A stretch of 53,930 nucleotides of DNA, taken from positions 1-53,930 of the forward strand of contig CALWTU010000013.1 of the NCBI GenBank assembly GCA_944384515.1, given 5' to 3'. This document shows, in pieces, positions 1 to 8,513 of this stretch. The notes below the pieces were generated by a model, which made no database searches, was not told the DNA's origin, and saw nothing but the letters and a program-made list of their open reading frames with translations. The DNA is from an uncultured Clostridia bacterium (GTDB lineage Bacteria > Bacillota > Clostridia > Oscillospirales > CAG-272). Each line of letters begins with the position of its first letter. The stretch's first letter is position 1. The position numbers and the translations under genes are program-made.

Positions 1-219
1 GTGCTTAGACAAATCTCTGTAAATTTGGAATTCAACATCAAATCTTACTTTACTGATATAATTTTTTCTATCATTTAAACTTTTTTTATTTTCCAACACT
101 TTATCACATGATAATTGAAATTTTCTTATTACAAATTCTCTGACAGGCGGAATAAAGAAACCTATTACCAATATGATAAACGCAGAGTTATCTATTATGT
201 ATTTAAAAACTTTTTCCAT
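1..219 (-). CDS. hypothetical protein, first 73 codons only (continues beyond left edge)
   Basis: ATG at 219-217 preceded by an AAAGGA SD. The frame MEKVFKYIIDNSAFIILVIGFFIPP... stays open to position 1. N-terminal hydrophobic helix. Absent from the ORF track because no stop lies inside the window. Confidence 0.4.
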   Translation of the reverse strand, partial: MEKVFKYIIDNSAFIILVIGFFIPPVREFVIRKFQLSCDKVLENKKSLNDRKNYISKVRFDVEFQIYRDLSKH

Positions 220-600
220 TTATAATTTCCTTTTCAAACTATTCATTTCCTGCACCAACTCAAACTTTTTCTTCGGCTGGCTTTCCGAACGGGCAAGCTT
301 TTCAAGACGTGCTATTTCTTTTTGCAACTTGTTTCTCTGCTCATCAAAAATTATCCTACTTACATTAAAAAAGCAGGCTTATACAAATGTTTTTCACACT
401 TCTTTAACAAAATGTGCCATAATGTGTTATATGTAAGTACAGTTTTACTTTTTGTTTTAATTATTCACTCAAATACAGTCACTCACCTGAATAGTATAAC
501 ATAAATTGACACTTAAATCAATATTAATACCGTTTTTTTGCACTTTTTGTTCATATAATGGATGATTTCACTCATTGGCTAATCAAAAGCAATTATACTA

Positions 601-634
601 ATAAAAATAAGCAAGCTTGTTTTTGCAAGCTTGC
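601..634 (-). terminator. intrinsic terminator downstream of birA
   Basis: GCAAGCTTG / CAAGCTTGC stem (611-634), followed on the minus strand by a T-rich run (601-610). Confidence 0.6.
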
Positions 635-728
635 TGTATAACTTATCTAATTAATACCAAATGCACATAAAATATGCATTGGAATTTTATTTTTTCCGTT
701 CTCTTTTCCGCCGGATTTTGGGGAGGAT

Positions 729-1883
729 TTAAAGCTCGATTTTGACCTCGCCGTAGGAGAGTGTCATCTGCTCGCCGCTCTCAAGCGAGACGATAAGGCG
801 GCAACTATCGTCTATATCCGTTGCGGTTGCGGTGCGGCGGATGTTATCTTTCACAAAACTAATTTTTTTGCCTAAGACTATGCTCATTTTGCGGTATGCT
901 TCAATATAGTCACAGTCGGGGGTGCAGTCAGACAAGCTGTCAGGAGTGCAGTCGGACAAGCTGTCGGGAGTGCAGTCGGACAAGCTGTCGGGAGTGCAGG
1001 ATGCGGTTGAGTCGGGTGATGCCGGTGCGGTGCAAGGTGATGAGGGCGACGCCCGCTCGGCGCCGGATGCTTGGGTTACGGAAGGTGCGGCGGAGGTAAA
1101 TGCCGATTTATAGATTTTCATAAATCGGTTTATAAACTCTGCGACCGTTCTGTTGCGGGCGTCGGTTTGCGGTGCGTCGAGCACCGAGCCGGCGCTCTCT
1201 GATATTTCAGAGGGGAAGCCGCCGTTTGGGATATAGAGATTAACTCCGACGCCGAGTATAACATACTCAACTCTGCCGTCCTCAACGCCGACAGACGCCT
1301 CGCTTAATATTCCGCCTATCTTCCTTCCGTCTATAAAAACATCGTTTACCCATTTTATACCGGCACTCTTGCCGGAAAGCAATCTGACAACATCGCACAG
1401 CGCAACCGCCGCCATGGTAGTTATTTTCAGCGAGTTTTCGAGAGCGCCGTTTTCAGGTCTTAAAAGAATACTGAAATAGACACCCGTATCCTTTGGCGAA
1501 AAGAATGCCCGCCTCTGTCTGCCCCTGCCGCACTGCTGCTCTTCCGCAACAATCACGGTGCCCTCCTCTGCCATATTCTGTGCAAACTGACGGCACACAT
1601 CATTTGTAGATGATGTCTCTTTATATGTATATATACTGAAGCTTTCGTATTCGAGGCTCAGATACTTCTTTATTCCCTGGGGGGAAATTTTATCCGATTT
1701 ATCTAAGAGACAATATCCTTTATTTGTAGTTGCCTCGATAGGATAGCCCTCTTCTCTGAGCTGTTTTACGGCTTTCCATATTCCCGAGCGTGTAATATAT
1801 ATTTTCGATGCCAAGTCCTGCCCCGAAAAATAGTTTCCTCGGTTTTTTTCCAAAAATTCAAGCACCTTTTCCTTTGTCGTCAT
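729..1883 (-). CDS. birA: bifunctional biotin--[acetyl-CoA-carboxylase] ligase / biotin operon repressor BirA, with an atypical internal insertion
   Basis: N-terminal wHTH (SGQDLASKIYITRSGIWKAVKQLREEGY), ligase motif CGRGRQRRAFFSP, KWVNDV, and a C-terminal SH3-like tail. At 384 aa it is longer than the usual ~325 aa. Confidence 0.9.
   Translation of the reverse strand: MTTKEKVLEFLEKNRGNYFSGQDLASKIYITRSGIWKAVKQLREEGYPIEATTNKGYCLLDKSDKISPQGIKKYLSLEYESFSIYTYKETSSTNDVCRQFAQNMAEEGTVIVAEEQQCGRGRQRRAFFSPKDTGVYFSILLRPENGALENSLKITTMAAVALCDVVRLLSGKSAGIKWVNDVFIDGRKIGGILSEASVGVEDGRVEYVILGVGVNLYIPNGGFPSEISESAGSVLDAPQTDARNRTVAEFINRFMKIYKSAFTSAAPSVTQASGAERASPSSPCTAPASPDSTASCTPDSLSDCTPDSLSDCTPDSLSDCTPDCDYIEAYRKMSIVLGKKISFVKDNIRRTATATDIDDSCRLIVSLESGEQMTLSYGEVKIEL
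922..1000 (-). repeat. in-frame 24-nt tandem repeat, about 3.3 copies, encoding (CTPDSLSD)n inside birA
   Basis: Plus-strand units gtgcagtcagacaagctgtcagga / gtgcagtcggacaagctgtcggga x2 / gtgcagg, read directly from the sequence. Confidence 0.9.
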
Positions 1884-1940
1884 ATACTCCGCCTCGTTAT
1901 ATTATTTTTCCAAACTGTGCGTGTCCATGGCAGAGCGCAT

Positions 1941-2492
1941 TTATACTCTGTGAAGAATTTTCTTGATTCGCCGACTTAATGCAAACGCCACAAACATCTT
2001 TATAAAATCGGGTATTATATAAGGTATGACACACATCATAAGCGTTGCGCCGATACCTATAGCACCTGTATTTTTTGTATAGACAATCACAAACCACATG
2101 CTGCCGAACGCATAGCACACAAAAAGCCCCACTATCATAGACAGAATAATGAAAAAATTCCGCTTTGGAAGTACTGTCTCAAACATCCACATTATAAGCG
2201 CAATAAACATAAAGCCGAGTATGTACCCACCCGTGTTGCCTAAAAGCACGCCTATACCGCCGTTAAAGCCTGCAAAAATCGGTACTCCGATCGCTCCGAG
2301 GCAAAGATAAATAAACACCGACAGACTGCCCATCTTGCCGCCCAAAACAAGAACCGCAAGAAATATCGCAAATGTCTGAAGAGTAAACGGCACGCTTGAC
2401 GGTATACTGATAAAGGCGCACACGGCTATTATAGCGGTAAACATCGCCACCTCAACAGACTGAGTTAAACTTTTTCTCACCGAGTTATTCAA
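1941..2492 (-). CDS. bioY: biotin transporter, ECF S-component BioY
   Basis: 183-aa multi-TM protein with BioY-like sequence (VPFTLQTFAIFLAVLVLGGKMG, GGYILGFMF). Sits directly upstream of birA and downstream of a BirA-type operator. Confidence 0.88.
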   Translation of the reverse strand: MNNSVRKSLTQSVEVAMFTAIIAVCAFISIPSSVPFTLQTFAIFLAVLVLGGKMGSLSVFIYLCLGAIGVPIFAGFNGGIGVLLGNTGGYILGFMFIALIMWMFETVLPKRNFFIILSMIVGLFVCYAFGSMWFVIVYTKNTGAIGIGATLMMCVIPYIIPDFIKMFVAFALSRRIKKILHRV

Positions 2493-2533
2493 ATTTCATT
2501 TCTCCTTATGCGTAAAATATCTCACGGTTATGG

Positions 2534-2563
2534 ATTATATCACATAAAAAAAGCATTGTCAAC
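2534..2563 (-). promoter_or_regulatory. sigma-A type promoter of bioY-birA
   Basis: On the minus strand, TTGACA (2563-2558), an 18-nt spacer, then TATAAT (2539-2534). The -35 lies inside the left operator half-site. Confidence 0.6.
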
Positions 2564-2588
2564 CGTTTTGGATATTTAGTTGACAATG
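2554..2588. promoter_or_regulatory. BirA operator (bioO)
   Basis: Perfect 10-bp inverted repeat CATTGTCAAC-N15-GTTGACAATG overlapping the bioY -35. This matches the TGTnAAC...GTTnACA architecture known for Firmicute BirA sites. Confidence 0.75.
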
Positions 2589-2604
2589 CAATTTTTTTAA
2601 AAGC

Positions 2605-3324
2605 TCAGTTTATCACATATAGCTGTTTATACGGATTTTTGGTGTCCGGAGTCACCACAATATACTCTGATTCCGAAAGCTCCCTTTCGTCTTTGTTAAA
2701 GAGCTTTGCATACTCACTGATATAACCGTATATTTGCTCCATATCTTCTTTCTCTGCTTTTCTGACGCTTACCTGCTTCGGAAATTTAATGTTTTCAGAA
2801 GTTGTGCGCAAATACACCTTTCCGCCGTGCATTCCCGTGCAGGGAAAGTTTCCGATAATATCCCTCTTACCGATATCAATGCCGAGAATAATAATTATTC
2901 CTCCTGCCTGGTATTCGCCGAGGAAGCTGCCGGCACATCCGCCTATAACTATCACGGGTTTTTTATCCTTGTACTCTTTCATATGTATTCCCGCACGGTA
3001 ACCGGCGTCATCTCTGACATATATTTCTCCGCCTCGCATCGCATAACCGAGGGCATCGCCGACACAGCCGTCAATTACTATCTTACCGTCATTCATTGTG
3101 TCGCCGACGGCGTCCTGGGCATTGGCGAAAACACGGATAGTTCCGCCGTTGAGATACGCTCCGAGCGCATTTCCCGGCACGCCCTCTATACAAACCGTTT
3201 TGCCCTTACTGCCCGCCGCTATAAATCTTTGTCCCATGCAGTCGGTAATATTTATACTCTCTTTGTCCCGTATGAGAGAATTTATTTCCTTATAACCGAG
3301 TTGTTTGACATTTACACTATCCAT
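2605..3324 (-). CDS. glutamate synthase GXGXG-domain subunit (GltB C-terminal domain homolog)
   Basis: Repeated G-x-G beta-helix motifs (GVPGNALGAYLNGGTIRV, GDALGYAMRGGEIYV, GSFLGEYQAGGIIIILG). I trimmed the start to ATG 3324, which has an AGGTGAG SD; the track ORF begins at TTG 3342. Confidence 0.85.
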   Translation of the reverse strand: MDSVNVKQLGYKEINSLIRDKESINITDCMGQRFIAAGSKGKTVCIEGVPGNALGAYLNGGTIRVFANAQDAVGDTMNDGKIVIDGCVGDALGYAMRGGEIYVRDDAGYRAGIHMKEYKDKKPVIVIGGCAGSFLGEYQAGGIIIILGIDIGKRDIIGNFPCTGMHGGKVYLRTTSENIKFPKQVSVRKAEKEDMEQIYGYISEYAKLFNKDERELSESEYIVVTPDTKNPYKQLYVIN

Positions 3325-3360
3325 ATACTCACCTGTTTTCAATAATTTTTTCGCAGAGAT

Positions 3361-4866
3361 TTACTCGCCCGCATGTTTGATACCGAGAATCCTCAGCTCC
3401 GCATCAGTCATATCCAAGCCGCGAAGCATAAGTCTGTTGCCCCTGAGCGCTTCAATGGAATTTATACCCATGCCGCCCATCAATTCCTTGATCTCGTGGC
3501 ACCATGCATTCATAAGATTTACAAGTCCGGTGCAAGCCGTGTCGGGGTCAAGCCTCTTTACAAGCTCAGGTCTTTGTGTAGCAATTCCCCAGTTGCAAAG
3601 TCCCGTCTGACAGCTGCGGCAAAGCCGGCATCCCATAGCGATCAGTGCGGCGGTACCTATATAGCATGCGTCCGCACCGAGTGCTATTGCCTTTACTACA
3701 TCAGATGCGGATCTGATACTTCCGCCTGCAATAATTGAGACATTGTCCCGTATTCCCTCCTCACGAAGACGCTCGTCAACTGCCGCCAAGGCAAGCTCAA
3801 TCGGAATACCTACATTATCCCTTATTCTTGTGGGGGCGGCGCCTGTGCCGCCTCTGTAACCGTCAATGGCAATAATATCAGCGCCGCTCCTCGCAATTCC
3901 GCTCGCAATAGCGGAAATATTGTGCACCGCCGCAACCTTGACGATAACAGGCTTTTTGTAATTTGTCGCCTCTTTCAATGAATAAACAAGCTGTCTTAAG
4001 TCCTCTATTGAATATATATCATGGTGAGGTGCCGGGCTTATGGCATCAGCTCCCTCGGGAATCATTCTTGTCCTTGAAACATCACCTACTATCTTACTGC
4101 CGGGCAGATGTCCTCCGATACCGGGTTTTGCACCCTGTCCCATCTTTATCTCAATTGCGGCGCCTGCCTCAAGATAATTTTCATGAACGCCGAATCTGCC
4201 TGATGCCACCTGGACCACAGTATTCTCGCCGTAACAGTAGAAATCCTCATGCAGTCCGCCCTCTCCGGTATTATAAAATATACCGAGTTCTCTTGCGGCT
4301 CTTGCAAGAGCTGCATGCGCATTATAGCTTATCGAACCGTAACTCATAGCGGAAAACATCATCGGCATTGAGAGTTCAAGCTGACACGGCATATTAAACT
4401 TGAGTTTTCCCTCCTCATCCCTCTCGATATTGCCCTTTTTGCATCCGAGGAACACTCTCGTCTCCATAGGCTCGCGCAAAGGATCTATGGGCGGGTTTGT
4501 AACCTGCGAGGCGTTAATCAGAATTTTGTCCCAATACACCGGCAGAGGGCTCGGGCTTCCCATAGACGAAAGCAACACGCCCCCGCCCTTTGCCTGTTTA
4601 TATATTTCACGGACAGTCTGGTTTTTCCAGTTTTCGTTTTCCTTTATCACGCAGTCGCTCTTTACTATCTTCAGCGCCCTCGTTGGACAAAAGGCAACAC
4701 AGCGCTGGCAGTTAACACATTTTGTCTCATCTATAAGTATGACGGACCGCTTCTCATCCCATTTGTAAACCTGATTTGAGCACTGATTAATGCATACTTT
4801 GCAGTTTATGCACCTGCTCTCATTTTTTACTACCTCAAAGTCAGGATATAAAAAGTCTACGCTCAT
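3361..4866 (-). CDS. glutamate synthase FMN/central-domain subunit with N-terminal 2x[4Fe-4S] ferredoxin motifs
   Basis: CINCKVCINQC and CVNCQRCVAFC motifs, followed by a GltS FMN-domain-like region (GEGG, KMGQGAKPGIGGHLPG, GGTGAAP). Its ATGA start overlaps the upstream gene. Confidence 0.9.
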   Translation of the reverse strand: MSVDFLYPDFEVVKNESRCINCKVCINQCSNQVYKWDEKRSVILIDETKCVNCQRCVAFCPTRALKIVKSDCVIKENENWKNQTVREIYKQAKGGGVLLSSMGSPSPLPVYWDKILINASQVTNPPIDPLREPMETRVFLGCKKGNIERDEEGKLKFNMPCQLELSMPMMFSAMSYGSISYNAHAALARAARELGIFYNTGEGGLHEDFYCYGENTVVQVASGRFGVHENYLEAGAAIEIKMGQGAKPGIGGHLPGSKIVGDVSRTRMIPEGADAISPAPHHDIYSIEDLRQLVYSLKEATNYKKPVIVKVAAVHNISAIASGIARSGADIIAIDGYRGGTGAAPTRIRDNVGIPIELALAAVDERLREEGIRDNVSIIAGGSIRSASDVVKAIALGADACYIGTAALIAMGCRLCRSCQTGLCNWGIATQRPELVKRLDPDTACTGLVNLMNAWCHEIKELMGGMGINSIEALRGNRLMLRGLDMTDAELRILGIKHAGE

Positions 4867-5960
4867 ATCCGTACACCTCCGTTAAGTTCGACAATAACCG
4901 GTTCTCCGCCCTTGGGATACCAAATTTTTTGAGCATTATTTTCCATACAGCGGATTGCCGCCTCCTCGCTTGCAATATACACCATATCATCCTTCTCTCC
5001 GACAACCATACTGCGAAGTTTAAGTCTGTCGTTAAGAGCCATAAGTCCTCCGTTATATCCGAGCACTATTGAAAAAGGTCCTGTTATCAGAAGGCTCGGA
5101 AACATTTTTCTCAGATAATTATGCTTATCCTTGTCATATGTATCCGCTTTACCGTCAATCGTGCTCCAGAACGGCGCCGCAATTACACTTGCCGCCTCAG
5201 ACAGCGTCAAACCCTTGACCCGTGTAAGATAATCTAAGATATATGTTATTACCTCTGTATCTGTTTTAAGAGAACATTTGTACCCGAACATCTCAATATA
5301 TCTGCGGTTTGCGTCATATGAAGAGATCTCTCCGTTATGCACAACCGAATAGTCAAGCAGGGTAAACGGATGCGCGCCTCCCCACCATCCCGGTGTATTG
5401 GTCGGATATCTGCCGTGAGCCGTCCAGGAATATCCGCTGTACTCCTCAAGTTTATAAAATTCTCCTACATCCTCAGGATAACCAACCGCTTTGAATGCGC
5501 CCATATTCTTTCCGCTCGAAAAAACATAAGCACCCTTCATCTCGGTATTGATTTTAAATACCGTCTGTGCCACGAACTCCCGCTCGTCAAGTTGCTTTGA
5601 GAGCATAACCGATTTAAGCGGAGCCAAAAAGTAACGCCATATCAAAGGCTCGTTTAATATAGTTGAAATCTTGCGTGTGGGGATAATCTCCGACTGAACG
5701 ATCTCAAATCTCTCCTTCAAAAACGCCTCGCAATTCTTGCACACATCACGGCTGTCAAAAAACATGTGAAAGGCGTAAAAATCCTTGTAATCCGGATAAA
5801 TACCGTACGCCGCAAATCCGCCGCCCAGTCCGTTTGAACGGTCATGCATAGGTCTCATTGCATTATATATCAACTCTCCGGATATCCCCCGTCCCTCCTT
5901 TGAAATAACTGCGGCAATCGCACATCCCGATGGGATTCTGACATTACCTTCAAGTCTCAT
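4863..5960 (-). CDS. class-II (Ntn) glutamine amidotransferase subunit of split glutamate synthase
   Basis: GATase-2-like sequence (SGCAIAAV near the N-terminus, HGRYPTNTPGWWGGAHPF, VHNGEISSY). I trimmed the start to ATG 5960, which has a GAAAGGAAG SD. The longer track ORF runs into the leader hairpin. Confidence 0.85.
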   Translation of the reverse strand: MRLEGNVRIPSGCAIAAVISKEGRGISGELIYNAMRPMHDRSNGLGGGFAAYGIYPDYKDFYAFHMFFDSRDVCKNCEAFLKERFEIVQSEIIPTRKISTILNEPLIWRYFLAPLKSVMLSKQLDEREFVAQTVFKINTEMKGAYVFSSGKNMGAFKAVGYPEDVGEFYKLEEYSGYSWTAHGRYPTNTPGWWGGAHPFTLLDYSVVHNGEISSYDANRRYIEMFGYKCSLKTDTEVITYILDYLTRVKGLTLSEAASVIAAPFWSTIDGKADTYDKDKHNYLRKMFPSLLITGPFSIVLGYNGGLMALNDRLKLRSMVVGEKDDMVYIASEEAAIRCMENNAQKIWYPKGGEPVIVELNGGVRI

Positions 5961-5985
5961 AAGTCTCTTCCTTTCAGTATAAAGA

Positions 5986-6037
5986 TAAAAACAAAAGGGC
6001 ATCCGTTCTTCGGTTTTCTGCCGAAAAACGAACGCCC
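5986..6037 (-). terminator. terminator-like leader hairpin upstream of the glutamate synthase operon
   Basis: On the minus strand, a 17-bp stem (GGGCGTTCGTTTTTCGG / CCGAAGAACGGATGCCC, 3 G-U pairs) with loop CAGAAAA, followed by TTTTGTTTTTA. It starts 19 nt after the -10. Confidence 0.55.
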
Positions 6038-6056
6038 TTGCCCGCTTTATGAAAAA

Positions 6057-6085
6057 ATTATACACCCGCTTTTTTCTTTTGTCAA
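6057..6085 (-). promoter_or_regulatory. sigma-A type promoter of the glutamate synthase operon
   Basis: On the minus strand, TTGACA (6085-6080), a 17-nt spacer, then TATAAT (6062-6057). Confidence 0.6.
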
Positions 6086-6196
6086 GTGGAATTTTCAAAA
6101 AAATTCATAAATTTGCCCCGGCAAAACAGGTGCAAAATATTTAAAAATAAGGCGTAAGATGTACGAAAAAAAGTACAGAAATTTTTGAAAAAAGCA

Positions 6197-6225
6197 TTGA
6201 CAAATATAGCTTTCGGGTGTATAAT
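6197..6225 (+). promoter_or_regulatory. sigma-A type promoter of glnN-dapF-dapL
   Basis: TTGACA (6197-6202), a 17-nt spacer, then TATAAT (6220-6225). Confidence 0.6.
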
Positions 6226-6244
6226 TACCAGCGTAAGGGCAATG

Positions 6245-6284
6245 GCGTCTTTGAGGTTTTCTCAAAGGCGCTTTATATTTTTTC
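6245..6284 (+). terminator. terminator-like leader hairpin 1 upstream of glnN
   Basis: 11-bp stem GCGTCTTTGAG / CTCAAAGGCGC with loop GTTTT, followed by TTTATATTTTTT. It starts 19 nt after the -10. Confidence 0.55.
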
Positions 6285-6324
6285 AACCCGAGAAAATACA
6301 AAATCCCGTTAATAATTTATTTTA

Positions 6325-6378
6325 AGGCAACGGTGTCTTCTGATAGCAGTATCATAAGATACAGTTGCCTATTTTTAT
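6325..6378 (+). terminator. terminator-like leader hairpin 2 immediately upstream of the glnN SD
   Basis: Outer stem AGGCAAC / GTTGCCT, inner helices (TGATA/TATCA), then ATTTTTAT. The AAAGGAG SD follows. Confidence 0.4.
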
Positions 6379-6397
6379 ATAAAAGGAGATTAAGAAG

Positions 6398-8494
6398 ATG
6401 AGCAGTGTAAGAGAAGAGTTCGGCAGTTTGGTGTTTGACGACAGAATTATGAAGGCTACCCTTTCAAAAAAGGTATATGACTCTCTTAAAAAGACTATAG
6501 ACCAGGGACAGAGCCTTGATATTAATGTTGCCAACGCAGTTGCAAGCGCAATGAAGGACTGGGCTGTATCAAAGGGCGCAACTCACTATACACATTGGTT
6601 CCAGCCTCTGACCGGCATAACAGCCGAAAAGCATGACAGTTTTATCTCTCCCTCCCCTGACGGAGGAGTTATAATGGAGTTCTCCGGCAAGGAACTCATC
6701 AAAGGAGAGCCCGACGCCTCCTCATTCCCCTCGGGAGGTATACGCGCTACATTCGAGGCGAGAGGATATACCGCATGGGATCCCACATCATATGCATTTA
6801 TTAAGGGAAAGACGCTTTGCATTCCCACAGCGTTCTGCTCCTACGGCGGTGAGGCGCTTGACAAGAAAACTCCTCTGCTCCGCTCCATGCAGGCTATTAA
6901 CAAGCAGGCGCTTAGAATTCTCAGACTCTTCGGAAACGATACTGTAAAATGCGTTAAGACATCAGTCGGTCCCGAGCAGGAATATTTCCTCATTGACAAA
7001 CAGATGTATGAAAAGAGACCGGACCTCAAGTTTACCGGAAGGACACTTTTCGGTGCAAGACCCCCAAAAGGTCAGGAAATGGATGATCACTATTTCGGCG
7101 TAATCAAGCCCCGTGTCCTTGAATATATGGAGGATCTCAACGTTGAACTTTGGAAGCTCGGCATTCTCGCAAAGACCGAGCATAACGAGGTTGCACCTGC
7201 ACAGCACGAGCTTGCCCCGATTTATACAACAACAAACATTGCGACAGACCACAACCAGCTTACCATGGAGATCATGCAAAAGGTTGCATCAAAGCACGGT
7301 CTTGTCTGCCTGCTCCACGAAAAGCCGTTTGACGGCGTAAACGGAAGCGGAAAGCACAACAACTGGTCTATCTCAACAGACGAGGGCACAAACCTTCTCT
7401 CACCCGGCGAAACACCGTATGAAAACGCACAGTTCCTTCTGTTTTTGTGTGCGGTAATCAAGGCTGTTGACGATTATCAGGATTTGCTTCGTATTTCCGT
7501 TGCCACAGCAGGAAACGACCACAGACTCGGTGCAAACGAAGCTCCCCCCGCAGTAGTATCAATCTTCCTCGGAGACGAACTTAACGGAATTCTTGAGGCT
7601 ATCGAAAAGGATGAGGCGTACAGCGGAGTTGAAAAAACACAGATCAAGCTCGGCGTACATGTATTGCCTAAGTTCAACAGAGACACAACAGACCGTAACC
7701 GTACATCCCCGTTTGCATTCACCGGAAACAAGTTTGAGTTCCGTATGCTCGGCTCCTCAAACAGCATCGCCTGCACAAACATGATGCTCAACAGTGCTGT
7801 TGCAGAAAGTCTTAAGACTTTTGCAGACGAACTTGAAGGCGCAAAGGATTTTGACAAGGCTCTGCACGATCTGATTCAGCGCACAATCAAGGAGCACAAG
7901 CGTATAATTTTTAACGGAAACGGATATGATGACAGTTGGATAAAAGAGGCTGTCGAGGAAAGAGGACTTCTCAACTACAAGACAACTGCAGACTGTATGC
8001 CTCATATCCTTGACAAAAAGAATGTGGATATGCTCACATCTCACAAAGTATTTTCTGAAGTTGAACTTAAGTCAAGATGCGAAATTATGCTTGAAAACTA
8101 TGTAAAGACTGTTACAATCGAGGCTAACACAATGTCAAGCATGACAAAGACAGCAATTGCACCTGCAATTGTCTCTTACACAACAGACCTCGCTAAGTCC
8201 ATAAAAGAAAAGACTTCTGTTTGCGATACTCTGCTTTGTACTTACGAAAAAGAAGCGCTCACAAAGCTCTCCTGCCTTACAGACTGCATCAGCATTAAGT
8301 TAAAAGAGCTTGACGACGCAATTATCGCACTCACCCCGATAGAAAGTACCGAGGATAAGGCATACCATATAAGAGACACCGTTCTTCCGAGAATGGGCGA
8401 GCTGCGCGCTTTGTGCGACGAGGCGGAGAGCATCACGGCAAAGGAATACTGGCCGTTCCCGTCATATGCAGATCTGCTCTTCGGAGTAAAATAA
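6398..8494 (+). CDS. glnN: glutamine synthetase type III
   Basis: 698 aa, the length expected for GS-III. Contains [22 protein letters not shown] and [10 protein letters not shown] motifs. Confidence 0.92.
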   Translation: MSSVREEFGSLVFDDRIMKATLSKKVYDSLKKTIDQGQSLDINVANAVASAMKDWAVSKGATHYTHWFQPLTGITAEKHDSFISPSPDGGVIMEFSGKELIKGEPDASSFPSGGIRATFEARGYTAWDPTSYAFIKGKTLCIPTAFCSYGGEALDKKTPLLRSMQAINKQALRILRLFGNDTVKCVKTSVGPEQEYFLIDKQMYEKRPDLKFTGRTLFGARPPKGQEMDDHYFGVIKPRVLEYMEDLNVELWKLGILAKTEHNEVAPAQHELAPIYTTTNIATDHNQLTMEIMQKVASKHGLVCLLHEKPFDGVNGSGKHNNWSISTDEGTNLLSPGETPYENAQFLLFLCAVIKAVDDYQDLLRISVATAGNDHRLGANEAPPAVVSIFLGDELNGILEAIEKDEAYSGVEKTQIKLGVHVLPKFNRDTTDRNRTSPFAFTGNKFEFRMLGSSNSIACTNMMLNSAVAESLKTFADELEGAKDFDKALHDLIQRTIKEHKRIIFNGNGYDDSWIKEAVEERGLLNYKTTADCMPHILDKKNVDMLTSHKVFSEVELKSRCEIMLENYVKTVTIEANTMSSMTKTAIAPAIVSYTTDLAKSIKEKTSVCDTLLCTYEKEALTKLSCLTDCISIKLKELDDAIIALTPIESTEDKAYHIRDTVLPRMGELRALCDEAESITAKEYWPFPSYADLLFGVK

Positions 8495-8513
8495 TTTAAG
8501 GTGAGGTAAGATT

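Noticed and set aside
173-504. Plus-strand ORFs 173-436 and 322-504.
   Set aside because: They are low-complexity AT-rich translations with no SD, and they overlap the better-supported minus-strand start at 219.
896-1113. Plus-strand ORFs 896-1099 and 922-1113 inside birA.
   Set aside because: They are antisense shadows created by the GC-rich repeat insertion. The minus-strand frame gives a full-length BirA.
2734-3345. The long antisense ORF opposite the GXGXG subunit. Similar long antisense ORFs are 8762-9226, 31603-32175, 34523-35077, 37511-38182, 46313-46780, 51704-52174 and 25464-25940.
   Set aside because: Each lies opposite a gene with clear family motifs. Their translations are low-complexity or Ser/Pro/Cys-rich nonsense with no SD.
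8495-8513. A lysine riboswitch or T-box in front of dapF/dapL.
   Set aside because: The spacer is only 19 nt and contains just the SD.
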